Shown here piece by piece: positions 36,809 to 46,520 of a stretch of 64,000 nucleotides of DNA (the first letter of the stretch is position 1; each line of letters opens with the position of its first letter). Position numbers and translations under genes: made by a program. Origin of the DNA: an uncultured Syntrophaceae bacterium (lineage in GTDB: Bacteria; Desulfobacterota; Syntrophia; Syntrophales; UBA5619); the NCBI GenBank assembly GCA_964433455.1, contig CAYSSF010000001.1:610-64609 (forward strand), given 5' to 3'. The notes beneath the pieces were generated by a model, which worked only from the letters and a program-made list of their open reading frames with translations, did no database searches and was not told where the DNA came from.

Positions 36809-37002
36809 TTCAAAACCACCGAAGAGAACCCTTATTGGGCGAATGCCTCGGATTGCAGGATCGAAGAGAGCAGCACGTCGTCAACGCTGCCGTCATAAAA
36901 ACGCTGACAATCGATCATCGGGAGATAGGAGGGAAGAAACGGTCTGATATCCCTGGCCTCCTCCCCGTTCAGCATCAGCTTGGCGAGCCGGCTGAATCAC
37001 AT

Positions 37003-37030
37003 TCAAGTTTATTTTACGGAATGCCGATAA
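37003..37030 (+). promoter_or_regulatory. Sigma-28 promoter TCAAGTTT-N12-GCCGATAA (flaG)
   Basis: Perfect -10 element. Lies 40 nt upstream of the flaG ATG. Confidence 0.78.
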
Positions 37031-37069
37031 GAGGATTGAAGAGGATAAAAAAGAGAGGAGGTGAAAAAG

Positions 37070-37414
37070 ATGAACATCGCTCAGATGGAGTCGAATAACC
37101 CCGTGCAGGCCATTTCGGTCGCCGTGCCCGCTCCGCATCGCGACGTCAACGTTCAGTCCGATGCCGCCGCCGGTGTAGCCGCGGTAAGCGGTAAACACAT
37201 CACGCAGATGATCGAGGAGATTCAAAACCAGCTTCAACGGATGCATGTCAGCCTGGAGTTCTCCCATTATGGGGGGCATGGGGAAAGAATTGCGGTCGTC
37301 GTTGCCGACAAGACAACGGGGGAGGTGATCCGCGAAATCCCGTCCAAGGAGATTCAGAATCTTTACAACAAAATCAATGACCTGGTCGGAATCATTTTCG
37401 ACAGGCAGGCGTGA
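37070..37414 (+). CDS. flaG: FlaG family protein
   Basis: 'LEFSHYGGHGERIAVVVADKTTGEVIREIPSKEIQNLYNKI' matches the FlaG core. ATG 37070 lies 8 nt after AGGAGG. Confidence 0.85.
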   Translation: MNIAQMESNNPVQAISVAVPAPHRDVNVQSDAAAGVAAVSGKHITQMIEEIQNQLQRMHVSLEFSHYGGHGERIAVVVADKTTGEVIREIPSKEIQNLYNKINDLVGIIFDRQA

Positions 37415-37456
37415 ACGGCAAAATGGTCGGGACATTGGCCTCCCGGCTTCTTCAGA

Positions 37457-37972
37457 TCATACTACGGCAGCCGAAGAGGGGCTGAATCCGTCCGGTCGAT
37501 TCTGTCCCGTCCGGCCTTCCGCAGACAGGCCTCTTTTAAAATCGACCTTGTTGCCGAGAATGTCATGCTGAATCGGGTAATCGGGATCATCGAGAATAAC
37601 CTGTTTCGCCCATCTCTTTGAGGCATTGATCAGAATCGGGGCTCGAAGATTGACCGTTGCCCGGACCGGAGCGGAGCGAACCGTGACAATCGACAACAGT
37701 GCGATTTCTTCGGTCCTCTGAATATCCAAAGATCCCAGATCCTCTGCTGAGAAGGCCGGGACATAGTCCGGTTTGACGATCCGGGGATTGATGACCACAA
37801 AGGCAATGGCGCGATCATCGGCCGACTGCAGCCACAAGAAGGGCGGATTCTCATCGTTCGTCAGCAAGACAAATCGCTTAAGCTGCTCAAAGCCGAGGAT
37901 GCGTCCTCTCATCCCGATCAATTCCGACTCTTTTATCCGGATCTTGCCGAAGCGTGTCGTATCGATTTCCAC
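37457..37972 (-). CDS. fliW: Flagellar assembly factor FliW
   Basis: 'IDTTRFGKIRIKESELI', 'FLWLQS' and 'NLRAPILIN'. GTG 37972 lies 8 nt after AAGGAGG. The longer ORF-track start (38077) would overlap csrA. Confidence 0.88.
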   Translation of the reverse strand: MEIDTTRFGKIRIKESELIGMRGRILGFEQLKRFVLLTNDENPPFLWLQSADDRAIAFVVINPRIVKPDYVPAFSAEDLGSLDIQRTEEIALLSIVTVRSAPVRATVNLRAPILINASKRWAKQVILDDPDYPIQHDILGNKVDFKRGLSAEGRTGQNRPDGFSPSSAAVV

Positions 37973-38052
37973 GGCGGCTGCCTCCTTTTCTTGAATTCCG
38001 ATTATTTTTCGACGTCGAACGTCTGCGGCCATATCCGATTGGAGAAGACTGT

Positions 38053-38280
38053 TTAGCCCTGGGTCAACTGCTCCCACAGATCCGAAATCCCGATATCGGA
38101 TGCCGACGCCTGAACATTTTGCTCCTGAATCGCCTGATAGATCTCGGCGCGATGCACGGAAACATTTCGCGGCGCCTCTATCCCGATGCGCAACTGCTTT
38201 CCCGTCATCCCCAGAAAAGTGATCTTGATCTCATCGCCGATCACAATGGACTCTCCCAACTTCCGTGTCAGGATCAACAT
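38053..38280 (-). CDS. csrA: Carbon storage regulator / flagellin translation repressor CsrA
   Basis: [24 protein letters not shown]...[17 protein letters not shown]. Confidence 0.96.
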   Translation of the reverse strand: MLILTRKLGESIVIGDEIKITFLGMTGKQLRIGIEAPRNVSVHRAEIYQAIQEQNVQASASDIGISDLWEQLTQG

Positions 38281-38295
38281 CTTTTCCCCTCCGCG

Positions 38296-39522
38296 CTATT
38301 TCAAGAAATTGAGAATCGTCATACTGCTGATTTTGGCAGCCAATGAGTAAGAGGCCTGAAGAGCGAGCTCTTTCATCGAAAGCTGGGTTGCATAATCGGT
38401 AAGATCGGCATCCTGCGCGTCCGAGAGAAGCGATGTCAATTTTTCGTCAAGGTTGTCCAGGTTGTTTTTCGCCATTTCAATGTGATTCGCATTTGTCCCG
38501 CATAGGGACTGGTTCAGCATGATCTGGTCTTGCGCGTTCTTCAAATTTTCCAGTTGGGCGGAAATCCCTTGAGAGTCATTGCCGTTCAAGGCATTCTTCA
38601 GGTCGTTGAGCGTCTTGAAAACATTGACGCCGCTCCCCCCTGAAGCGGTGAACGCCTTCGCGCCGGTGATGTTGTAGGTAACGCTCATCCCCTGGTTGAT
38701 GGTCACGGAGAGCCCGTCGTTGTTGCCCCGATAGTAGCCATCGGCGGTCGCGTCAACAACGAAGACGTCGTTCTCGCCAAAGGCCTTTGCGCCTGCGGCA
38801 TCATCCAATGTGAGGACAACGCCATCCCCAAGGTTGATGACCCCTCCGGCGATGTTCCCGGCCACCGACAGGTCGGTTCCGTCTTCGGTCTGGTGGCTCC
38901 AGGTTTTGCCGCCGTCTGTCGAAATCTGAGCGGTCGCCGCGACCAGGGAACCCTCACCGGTGATCTTGATCACGTAGGTCTTGTTGGTCGTTCCCGAATA
39001 GGTTCCCGAAGAGAGAACGGAGCCTTTGAAAACGTTGTCTCCGGCTTTTTCTGCGGCCAAAATGGTTGTCCCCGCGGGGGTGGTTGAAAAAGGTGCGGCG
39101 CCATTTTTGGAGCCTGAAAAAAGGTAGCGATCTCCAATTTTTGCGTTGGCGAGGCTCGCCATCTCGTCGATCAGAGACTGAACGTTTTGTGCGGCGATTT
39201 TTCTGCTGGTGACATTTGCGGATCCCGTGGCCTGGCCCAAGGCGATTTCCCTGGCGTTGACGAGCAGATCGTAGGCGCCGGAAAGTTTCGATTCCGTCAT
39301 CGAGATCCAGGCGTCGCTATCCTGAATATTTTTTCGGTATTGCTCGTTGGCGGCAAGCCTCTGCCGGATGTCGATGATCTTCGTGGCGGCGATGGGGTCG
39401 TCGGACGCCCGGTTGACCCTTTTCTGACTCACCATTTTTTCCAGCACGCTGTTGTATTGAGTCTGGGCATTAAAGAGATTGTTCACGGTCGTGTTGAATC
39501 TCATGTTGTCGGTGATTCGCAT
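38296..39522 (-). CDS. flgL: Hook-filament junction protein FlgL
   Basis: MRITDNMRFNTTVNNL...RVNRASDDPIAA, with a C-terminal flagellin-like helix. Confidence 0.9.
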   Translation of the reverse strand: MRITDNMRFNTTVNNLFNAQTQYNSVLEKMVSQKRVNRASDDPIAATKIIDIRQRLAANEQYRKNIQDSDAWISMTESKLSGAYDLLVNAREIALGQATGSANVTSRKIAAQNVQSLIDEMASLANAKIGDRYLFSGSKNGAAPFSTTPAGTTILAAEKAGDNVFKGSVLSSGTYSGTTNKTYVIKITGEGSLVAATAQISTDGGKTWSHQTEDGTDLSVAGNIAGGVINLGDGVVLTLDDAAGAKAFGENDVFVVDATADGYYRGNNDGLSVTINQGMSVTYNITGAKAFTASGGSGVNVFKTLNDLKNALNGNDSQGISAQLENLKNAQDQIMLNQSLCGTNANHIEMAKNNLDNLDEKLTSLLSDAQDADLTDYATQLSMKELALQASYSLAAKISSMTILNFLK

Positions 39523-39532
39523 GGTGATCTCC

Positions 39533-40918
39533 TTACTTCACAAGGCCCATCAACGTGTCCAGCATTTCATCCACCACAGAGGCAAGTTTTCCTGCCGCGT
39601 TGTACCCCATCTGATATTTGATCAATCGGATCATCTCTTCATCGATGGAAACACCGGAAACCGATTCCCGCTGGTTGTCGAGGTGGTTGGCGATAACGGC
39701 TTGTCGATCGCTGTTCGTTTTGGCCGTGGAAACCTGCTGACCGATCTGCCCGACGGTGGTGGCCAGAAAGCTGGAGAGCGTTGACGTGCCGCTATTCATC
39801 AGCAGTTCGTTCTGCACGGAAGCGATCACGCTTGCGTTGTCACCGTTGCCGTTCACCGATGTGGAGACGGCGATCCGGTTGACGTCGGCGGCAATCGCGC
39901 TGTTGACCCTGATGGTCCCGGCGCCGTTTGACCCATCCGGTATTTCGAAGAAATCGATACCGGTATTGTTATAGGCGTCAAAACCATCCCGGTGAAGCTC
40001 GTTGACCCGATCCGCAAGTGATTGGGTAAATGTTTCGATATCATTTTGATATTCCGGAATGATGCTGCGTTGCAATTCAATAAGCGCCCCCAGTTTGCCT
40101 CTGCTCACCGCGCGGTTGACCGTCTCTCCGGTGAGACTGGAGGCATAGATATCGCTCCCGCCATCGGCATTTGTCCGGACGCTGAGCGTCTGTTGCTTGG
40201 TCCCCTGCAGAAGAGGTTCACCGTTGGAAAGATAGACGTTTACCGTGCCGTTGGCGTTTTCGAATTGCGTGATGTTGATCAAAGCCGCAAGCTCTTTTAA
40301 GGCCTGCGTCCGTTTGTCCAAGAGATCGTTCTTATCCCCTTTGTCTCCCGCCGTCTCAATGATTCTTGTGTTCAAATCTTTTAGTTCATTCACTTTTCCA
40401 TTAATTTGGGTTACGGTGTCCTCGATGCTTCGGCTCATGTCCGTCCTGATGGTGTCGAGGTTCCGTTTGTAGGAAGCCAGAGATGCGGTCAGATTTTCGG
40501 CCGTGGAGACCAGGGCGCTCCGCTCCACGATTCCCCCGGGATTCTTGGAAAGGTCTTCCCAGGAGGACCAGAACTTGCTCAATTGTTCGCTGATCCCGCC
40601 GCCCTGGGTGTCGTCGATCATCACTTCGATGTTCTGGAGACCTTGCAGCAGGGTGTCGCTGTAGCCGGTATTTTGCTGTTGATCGATGATCTGGGATTCG
40701 ATGAAGCGGTCGTAGATCCGCTCGATCCGACTGACCGCGACGCCGATCTGGGCGCTTGTGCCGCTGACGTTGACGCCGCCGACGGCTTTCAAATCCGTCC
40801 GCTGCCTGCTGTAGCCCGGCGTGTTGACATTGGCGATGTTGCCGCCCGTGATGTCGATGGCCATTTGACTGCTGGTCAGGGCATCTCTCGCGGTAAACAG
40901 AAGGCTGCTGATCGACAT
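39533..40918 (-). CDS. flgK: Hook-filament junction protein FlgK
   Basis: 'ITGGNIANVNTPGYSRQ' and C-terminal 'EEMIRLIKYQMGYNAAGKL'. Confidence 0.94.
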   Translation of the reverse strand: MSISSLLFTARDALTSSQMAIDITGGNIANVNTPGYSRQRTDLKAVGGVNVSGTSAQIGVAVSRIERIYDRFIESQIIDQQQNTGYSDTLLQGLQNIEVMIDDTQGGGISEQLSKFWSSWEDLSKNPGGIVERSALVSTAENLTASLASYKRNLDTIRTDMSRSIEDTVTQINGKVNELKDLNTRIIETAGDKGDKNDLLDKRTQALKELAALINITQFENANGTVNVYLSNGEPLLQGTKQQTLSVRTNADGGSDIYASSLTGETVNRAVSRGKLGALIELQRSIIPEYQNDIETFTQSLADRVNELHRDGFDAYNNTGIDFFEIPDGSNGAGTIRVNSAIAADVNRIAVSTSVNGNGDNASVIASVQNELLMNSGTSTLSSFLATTVGQIGQQVSTAKTNSDRQAVIANHLDNQRESVSGVSIDEEMIRLIKYQMGYNAAGKLASVVDEMLDTLMGLVK

Positions 40919-40950
40919 GTTAGTTAATATCCTTTCCGCGGGCTCTTGGA

Positions 40951-41460
40951 TTAACCCGCTTCCGATATTAACCTGCTTTGCAAATTTCCGGCCCTGATCT
41001 GGCCATGCCGGTCATAATTTGGGTTTATACATGTCAACATATCGATATAATTCAGTGTATTATTTATATGAGAAAGGGAGGCAACGATCAGTTCATGGTT
41101 ATGGTTGTTCGCTTTTTGGATTTTGAGAATCAGGTCGGCAAATTTTTCCTTACAATCAATCAGATTTTGCCGGGTCTTGTCGTGGGCATAGGCGATCAGT
41201 TGCGCCATCGTCACGGGTTCATCGAGATGGAGGTTGGCGGTGATTTTTTTAATGGCGTTCATTCGGATTTCCGAGGCCATCCTGATCGACAGGAGCAAAC
41301 GTTCATTTCTTGAATTGAAATCGTTGATATCCGTTGAAGTGCAGGATATCAGGGTACTTGCCTCTTCTTCGACGGCAGCGAGCAGTTCCTGGTAGCGCTC
41401 ATACTCCTGCTCCATCGATAAGCACAGAGACTTGTAAAGAAAATCAGTATCTTTGTTCAT
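40951..41460 (-). CDS. flgN: FlgN-like export chaperone
   Basis: Helical ~169-aa protein between flgM and flgK, with 'EYERYQELLAAVEEEASTL'. ATG 41460; GTG 41481 is an alternative start. Confidence 0.7.
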   Translation of the reverse strand: MNKDTDFLYKSLCLSMEQEYERYQELLAAVEEEASTLISCTSTDINDFNSRNERLLLSIRMASEIRMNAIKKITANLHLDEPVTMAQLIAYAHDKTRQNLIDCKEKFADLILKIQKANNHNHELIVASLSHINNTLNYIDMLTCINPNYDRHGQIRAGNLQSRLISEAG

Positions 41461-41548
41461 GGCGTCTTTCCGGCGGTTCACAATTTCGACAGGACGGACA
41501 GGGCCATCGGTTGACGGTCGGGCCTCTTTAAGGTTTCCGTTCCCCCGT

Positions 41549-41854
41549 TCAAGCGATCGTGTCGATCAGAGATTCACTCAGCATCTTTGCCGCAACTTTT
41601 CCCGCATCGACCGCATAGTTTCCGCTTTCGATCCGATCCTTCAGCTCCCGGACCTTGTCCTCACGGACATCGGGAGTACGATCCAGAATCTGCCTGATCC
41701 GCTGGAACTCTTTGGCTTTAGCGGAGAGATCGACCCTTTCCGTGGCAACCGTTGCCCCACCGCCGACGGATTTGTCGCCTTCATTTCTGACCGGGTCGCT
41801 CTTCTGGTACTGCTGGATCCCCTGCGCCGTGGCATCTTTAATCTTCGTAATCAT
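41549..41854 (-). CDS. flgM: Anti-sigma-28 factor FlgM
   Basis: 'RVDLSAKAKEFQRIRQILD...VREDKVRELKDRIESGNYAVDAGKVAAKML'. Confidence 0.87.
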   Translation of the reverse strand: MITKIKDATAQGIQQYQKSDPVRNEGDKSVGGGATVATERVDLSAKAKEFQRIRQILDRTPDVREDKVRELKDRIESGNYAVDAGKVAAKMLSESLIDTIA

Positions 41855-41885
41855 ACATCACCTTCCTCTATTCCATTTGACAGAG

Positions 41886-41913
41886 GTATCGTCATTTTCT
41901 GCTGAAGACTTTA
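41886..41913 (-). promoter_or_regulatory. Sigma-28-like promoter TAAAGTCT-N12-GACGATAC (flgM)
   Basis: Good -35, with 6/8 matches in the -10. Overlaps the stop codon of the upstream rod-binding gene. Confidence 0.5.
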
Positions 41914-42255
41914 ATCTTTTTTTGGACTGCCGTGCACCATCTGGTTGTACAGCATCTTTTGCAGCCCCAGACCTCCCCCTCTGTTGGCCAGCTCTTCCGC
42001 GATCTTTTGATCAAGCATCATCTCATAAGTCGCCTGCCCCTGGGAAGGTTTGAGAAATCCATTTTTTGGGACCGATTGCCTCATGGTCTTGAGAAGTTGA
42101 AAAACCAACATCGCTTCAAAATCAGCACAGGCCTTTTTGAGTTTTTTATCTTGAGCCGCATCGGTCGTTTGAGCAGCGGCGGGCTTTTCCACCACAACCC
42201 GGTTTGGCATCATAGAAGGTATTGCGTCCATGGTCAACCCGAGACTCCCGTACAA
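41911..42255 (-). CDS. flgJ: Rod-binding protein (FlgJ N-terminal domain only)
   Basis: 'KKACADFEAMLVFQLLKTMRQS...MMLDQKIAEELANRGGGLGLQKMLYNQM' is the Rod_binding pattern. No muramidase domain. Confidence 0.82.
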   Translation of the reverse strand: MYGSLGLTMDAIPSMMPNRVVVEKPAAAQTTDAAQDKKLKKACADFEAMLVFQLLKTMRQSVPKNGFLKPSQGQATYEMMLDQKIAEELANRGGGLGLQKMLYNQMVHGSPKKD

Positions 42256-42276
42256 AAGCGGGCAAAACCGCCGCCA

Positions 42277-43440
42277 TTAAATAATCTTCAGATCCGCCTG
42301 CAACGCACCGGCCGCTTTGATGGTCTGAATGATGGTAATCAAGTCGCGCGGCGTGACGCCGATGGCGTTCAGCGCCATCACCACATCCTGAATCGTGACG
42401 CCCTGGGGGACCACCATCAACTGCCTCTTTTCTTCCTGAACCGTGAGGGCCGTCTCCTTTGTCACCACCGTCTGTCCGCCGGGCGCGACCACCGTGCCGT
42501 TTTTGGGGTCCGTTACCGGCTTTGCGCCGTCGGAAGGACGCGGCGCGAAAGGGAGCGGCTGGGATACATGGACGCTTTCCTTGATTTGAATGCTCAGGTT
42601 GCCATGAGCGACGGCCAGCGTGGAGATCCGGACATTCTCGCCCATCACCACCGTGCCGGTTTTTTCATTCATGACAACGATCGCGACCGAGTCCACCGGG
42701 ACATCCACATTTTCCACCGCCGCGATCATTTCGGAGAGGTTGCCTTCAAAGGAAGCGCCCAACTTCACGACGATGGTTCCGGAATCGACGGCCTGCGCGT
42801 CCACGCCCTTGATGACGCCGGCCAGCGTCGAGGCGAGTTTCGTTGCGGTGGTAAAGTCCGGCTGAAACAGGTTGATCGTGAATTTTCTGTTCCCGTTGAA
42901 ATCGTATTTGACCTCCTTCTCCACCAACGCGCCGTTGGCAATGATCCCGACGTTGGTCTGGTTCTTGGTCATCGTCGCGTTTGCGCCACCGGCGGAAAAA
43001 CCGCCCAGCACAAGGGACCCCTGACCCAGGGCATAGATCTCGCCATCCACCGAACGCAGCGGGGTGATCAGAAGTTGTCCTCCGGAGAGGCTGGTCGCAT
43101 CACCGATGGAAGAGACGGTCACATCGATCCTGGAGCCTGCTTTGGCAAAAGGGGGAAGGGTGGCCGTCACCATCACGGAGGCAATGTTCTTTGCCTTCAA
43201 GTTTTTGTCTCTCATCGAGAGGCCCTGCCGGCTCAGGATGTTGGCGATGGTTGCCATGGTGAAACCATTCTTCAGGTCATCTCCGGTACCCTGCAAGCCG
43301 ACCACAAGGCCGTAACCGACCAGCGGGTTTCCCCGTACGCCGCCGATCGCGGAGATGTCTTTGATCCTCGCGGCCCAAAGGGGAACGGTCAAGAACAGCA
43401 GAAACAAAACGGCGAAAAGAGTCATCAGATTTTTTTTCAT
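42277..43440 (-). CDS. flgI: Flagellar P-ring protein
   Basis: Signal peptide MKKNLMTLFAVLFLLFLTVPLWA, 'RIKDISAIGGVRGNPLVGYGLVVGL' and C-terminal 'IIQTIKAAGALQADLKII'. The start shares one nt with the flgH stop. Confidence 0.95.
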   Translation of the reverse strand: MKKNLMTLFAVLFLLFLTVPLWAARIKDISAIGGVRGNPLVGYGLVVGLQGTGDDLKNGFTMATIANILSRQGLSMRDKNLKAKNIASVMVTATLPPFAKAGSRIDVTVSSIGDATSLSGGQLLITPLRSVDGEIYALGQGSLVLGGFSAGGANATMTKNQTNVGIIANGALVEKEVKYDFNGNRKFTINLFQPDFTTATKLASTLAGVIKGVDAQAVDSGTIVVKLGASFEGNLSEMIAAVENVDVPVDSVAIVVMNEKTGTVVMGENVRISTLAVAHGNLSIQIKESVHVSQPLPFAPRPSDGAKPVTDPKNGTVVAPGGQTVVTKETALTVQEEKRQLMVVPQGVTIQDVVMALNAIGVTPRDLITIIQTIKAAGALQADLKII

Positions 43441-44138
43441 CAGAAGGGCCACCCCCAGTCCAGGCCGCGGGTCAGCCAGCCGGGATGCTGCTTGTCGGCC
43501 AGCACGCCGCTGCCCGTGTAAAGGATCCTGGCGTCGGCGATGTTGGACGACAGTACCCAGTTGTCCGCCGCGATATCTTCGGGTCTGATCACGCCGGTGA
43601 TGACGATGAACTGGTCTTCCGCATTGAGCGTCAGTTGGCGCCTGCCTTCAATCAGGAGGTTGCCGTTGTTGAGCACCCCAACCACCCGTGCGGTCAGACG
43701 CGCCTGCAGCGTTCCTCCCCGGGAGGTGTCCCCGCTCCCTTTGAGCGTGCTGGCGGATTCACCGCCTACGGCAAGCTTTCCCCCGAGATTGGCGTTGGCG
43801 TTGATCACCGAGGTATCCAGCCCGAGCAGGGCGTTGATTCCGGCGCTGGTCGCGCTGTTTTTGCTGGTATTGGTACTGGCCTTGTTTTGACCGCTCGAGG
43901 ATTCCTCAATGATGATGGTCACGATGTCATTGACGTAACGCGCCTTGTTGTCCGTAAAGAGCATGTTCCGGCTGCTCTCCCCGGGCCAGAGCGAACCGGG
44001 GGTGTACTCGGGCTTGACCGCCGGTGTCGGCAGTACCGTCGCCCGCGGCTCTATCTCCCGCGGGTGGGTGCCGTAGGTGGCCGACGAGCACCCGAACAAC
44101 AGGCCCACCATGGCCAGGCCCAGCAGTTTTCTTTTCAT
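43440..44138 (-). CDS. flgH: Flagellar L-ring lipoprotein
   Basis: Lipobox 'LLFGCSS', 'SLWPGES', 'VNDIVTIII' and 'GNLLIEGRRQLTLN'. Confidence 0.94.
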   Translation of the reverse strand: MKRKLLGLAMVGLLFGCSSATYGTHPREIEPRATVLPTPAVKPEYTPGSLWPGESSRNMLFTDNKARYVNDIVTIIIEESSSGQNKASTNTSKNSATSAGINALLGLDTSVINANANLGGKLAVGGESASTLKGSGDTSRGGTLQARLTARVVGVLNNGNLLIEGRRQLTLNAEDQFIVITGVIRPEDIAADNWVLSSNIADARILYTGSGVLADKQHPGWLTRGLDWGWPF

Positions 44139-44146
44139 GGCGCCTC

Positions 44147-44854
44147 CTAAAACCCGATTCGCACCAGGGAATCGCCCAGCACCCTGGCGTAGACGATCTT
44201 GTTCGAGGTGATATTCTTTACACGGACGATGTTGCCGGCGACGCCGTCCTCCTCCGACAGACCGACCGTAACGATCTGCATCGCGCCGTTGTCGAAAACC
44301 ATTTTCACCATCTTCCCCTTTCTGACCAACGGGTTCTCTTTCAACATGATATCGAGGATCTCCGTTCCGGCTGCCACCTGCATCGTGAGGCGTTTTCCAA
44401 AGGCATCCTCCGGCGAGGTCAGCGCGTTCGGATGAATGCGACGGACCCAGCGGCGCACGGCCCGGACGTCGTCGTCCGTCAGGACGTTCCCGGCCGAGAG
44501 CCCCCTTGCTGCGATCGCAACATCGCGCTGGACCTCGATCCTCGTTCGGACCGATACCGTTTTCACGAGGTTTCCGCCCTTGAAGGATTTGACGAGAAAA
44601 ACCCTATCGCCGATAAATTCCCGGTTTCCGGCGGCTTCAACGCGCAGGACCACATCCCGGTCCTGCGAAACCGCATCCGGCTCTTTCGACAGGAAGTCGA
44701 CACGCACGCTCCCCGGCGGCAAGGGCATGTTCGCCTCAATGTATTCCCGGACAGCCGAGTGGAGGGGCTCCGCAAGGGCAGGACCGGGTGCAAGAACGCA
44801 AAAAACCAGCGACAGAAGCACAGGGATCTGAGCAGCAAACCCAAACCGTTTCAA
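44147..44854 (-). CDS. flgA: P-ring assembly chaperone FlgA
   Basis: Signal peptide, a SAF-like 'AARGLSAGNVLTDDDV' and C-terminal 'GNIVRVKNITSNKIVYARV'. Confidence 0.85.
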   Translation of the reverse strand: MKRFGFAAQIPVLLSLVFCVLAPGPALAEPLHSAVREYIEANMPLPPGSVRVDFLSKEPDAVSQDRDVVLRVEAAGNREFIGDRVFLVKSFKGGNLVKTVSVRTRIEVQRDVAIAARGLSAGNVLTDDDVRAVRRWVRRIHPNALTSPEDAFGKRLTMQVAAGTEILDIMLKENPLVRKGKMVKMVFDNGAMQIVTVGLSEEDGVAGNIVRVKNITSNKIVYARVLGDSLVRIGF

Positions 44855-44858
44855 TTTC

Positions 44859-45644
44859 TTACCTCTTCAGGTTGTTGACGATGCCGAGCATGGTATCGGC
44901 CGTCTGAATCGACTTCGAGTTGATTTCGTAAGCCCGTTGCCCCGTGATCATCTTGACCATCTCGTCAATCACGTTGACGTTGGACATTTCCAGGAAATAT
45001 TGGGAGATGGTCCCCTTGCCGTCGACGCCGGGGTTGCCGATGCTGGCATCGCCGGAGGCATCCGTTTTGGCGTAAAGGTTCCGGCCGAGACTGCTCAGGC
45101 CGGCCGGATTGACAAAGGTCGCAATCTGCAACTGGCCGACCTGGGTCATCGTCCCCTTGCTGTCCGAGGCAGTCACCTGGCCGGACTTGTCCACCGTGAC
45201 CACCACCGTACCCTGGGGAATGCTGAGCGCCGGGGTCAGCAGCAGCCCCTCCGAATTGCAGACGTTTCCGTCTTTGTTGATCTTGAAGCTCCCGGCGCGC
45301 GTGTAGGAGGTTCCGCCGTCGCCATCGTCAATCTGGAAGAAACCGTCTCCCTCGATCGCCCAGTCAAAGGGATTGCCCGTCTGCTGGTAGTCCCCCTGGC
45401 TGAAGATCTTCTGGGTGGAAATGGGTTTGACGCCCATGCCGACCTCGCTCCCGCTGGGGAGCTGGATCCCCGTCGCAGAGGTTGCCCCGGCCTTGGAGTA
45501 GACCTGATACATGAGATCCTGGAAGTTGGCCCGCGACTTCTTGAACCCGACGGTGTTCACGTTGGAGAGGTTGTTGGCGATGACATCCTGTTCGAATTGC
45601 TGCGCCGACATCCCTGTCGCTGCGGTAAAGAGTGATCTGATCAT
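44859..45644 (-). CDS. flgG: Distal rod protein FlgG
   Basis: MIRSLFTAATGMSAQQ...ANNLSNVNTVGFKKSR and C-terminal 'MITGQRAYEINSKSIQTADTML'. Confidence 0.95.
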   Translation of the reverse strand: MIRSLFTAATGMSAQQFEQDVIANNLSNVNTVGFKKSRANFQDLMYQVYSKAGATSATGIQLPSGSEVGMGVKPISTQKIFSQGDYQQTGNPFDWAIEGDGFFQIDDGDGGTSYTRAGSFKINKDGNVCNSEGLLLTPALSIPQGTVVVTVDKSGQVTASDSKGTMTQVGQLQIATFVNPAGLSSLGRNLYAKTDASGDASIGNPGVDGKGTISQYFLEMSNVNVIDEMVKMITGQRAYEINSKSIQTADTMLGIVNNLKR

Positions 45645-45664
45645 AAGCGCCTCCCCTGGCTCAA

Positions 45665-46375
45665 TTATACCCGACCGACCCGGCTGACCGAAAGTTTGTC
45701 CTGGTCGGTGAGTGTCTGGATGATCTTTTGATAGGTTTCAAAGGAACGGTGAATATCAATCATCGCGGCCATTTCGTTGATGACGTTGACGTTGGACAAT
45801 TCGATTGAACCGGAAGAGATGTCGGGTCGGTCCACTTTACGGATGCCGGCGCTCCCGTCGTCGATATAGAGGCCTCCGCCGGCCTTTCGCAGGTTCTGAC
45901 GGTTGGCGAAGTCGACGATTCTCAGCTTGTCGATCTGGCTCTCGTCCGCAAAAACGGCGCCGTCGCCGGCAACATGGATTTTACCGCTTTTCAATGCAAT
46001 GAGGCCCCCTTCACCGACCACGGGGTCGCCGGCCTGGGTCACCAGTTGGTTTTGGCTGTTGACGGTAAAATCCCCTTTTCTGGTATAGGCCGGCCCCTCC
46101 TGGGTTTGCACGACGAAAAAACCGTCCCCCTGCAGGTTGAGATCCAGCGGATTGTCCGTTCTCTGGGAGATCCCCCGCGAAAAATCCACGACAAGGGCAT
46201 TAAGAGGGGCGGGATTGTCCCAAGGCTTGCTCTCCTCCTGGAGGGCCTTCAACACCAGAAGATGCTCCGCTTTGAATCCGGCCGTGGAGGCGTTGGCCAA
46301 ATTGTTGCTGATATGCTCCAACTGCACCATCTTTTGATCCATGGCCGCGGCCACCGCGGAAATGTCGTATGCCAT
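45665..46375 (-). CDS. flgF: Proximal rod protein FlgF
   Basis: 'SNNLANASTAGFKAE' and C-terminal 'HRSFETYQKIIQTLTDQD'. 236 aa. Confidence 0.88.
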   Translation of the reverse strand: MAYDISAVAAAMDQKMVQLEHISNNLANASTAGFKAEHLLVLKALQEESKPWDNPAPLNALVVDFSRGISQRTDNPLDLNLQGDGFFVVQTQEGPAYTRKGDFTVNSQNQLVTQAGDPVVGEGGLIALKSGKIHVAGDGAVFADESQIDKLRIVDFANRQNLRKAGGGLYIDDGSAGIRKVDRPDISSGSIELSNVNVINEMAAMIDIHRSFETYQKIIQTLTDQDKLSVSRVGRV

Positions 46376-46404
46376 CTGTCTCTCTCCTGATTTTTACAAG
46401 GTAA

Positions 46405-46421
46405 ATGCAATTCATGTGCCA
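46405..46421 (-). promoter_or_regulatory. Sigma-54 promoter TGGCAC-N5-TTGCA (flgF operon)
   Basis: Perfect consensus with exact GG-N10-GC spacing. Lies ~30 nt upstream of the flgF ATG. Confidence 0.78.
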
Positions 46422-46520
46422 TTACAGTTTATTGCAAATGTTCCCATGTGGTTGCCAAAAAATAACCATCCGGGGGAAACCAATCGCGGCAGAAGGTGCC
46501 GGAATCTTTTTCCGATAAAC

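Noticed and set aside
36832-36975. Unlisted 47-aa minus-strand ORF (MLNGEEARDIRPFLPSYLPMIDCQRFYDGSVDDVLLSSILQSEAFAQ) between orf148 and flaG.
   Set aside because: It has no RBS, no recognisable family and is very short. Its 5' end lies ~25-30 nt from the flaG sigma-28 promoter. GC-rich third positions alone are not enough evidence.
36893-37435. 180-aa minus-strand ORF and 87-aa plus-strand ORF (36835..37098) around flaG.
   Set aside because: They overlap the well-supported flaG gene and its promoter and RBS, and their composition is implausible.
41482-41548. TAAAGAGG-N11-ACCGATGG upstream of flgN.
   Set aside because: The -10 matches only 5/8 and the spacer differs from the others. flgN is probably co-transcribed with flgM.
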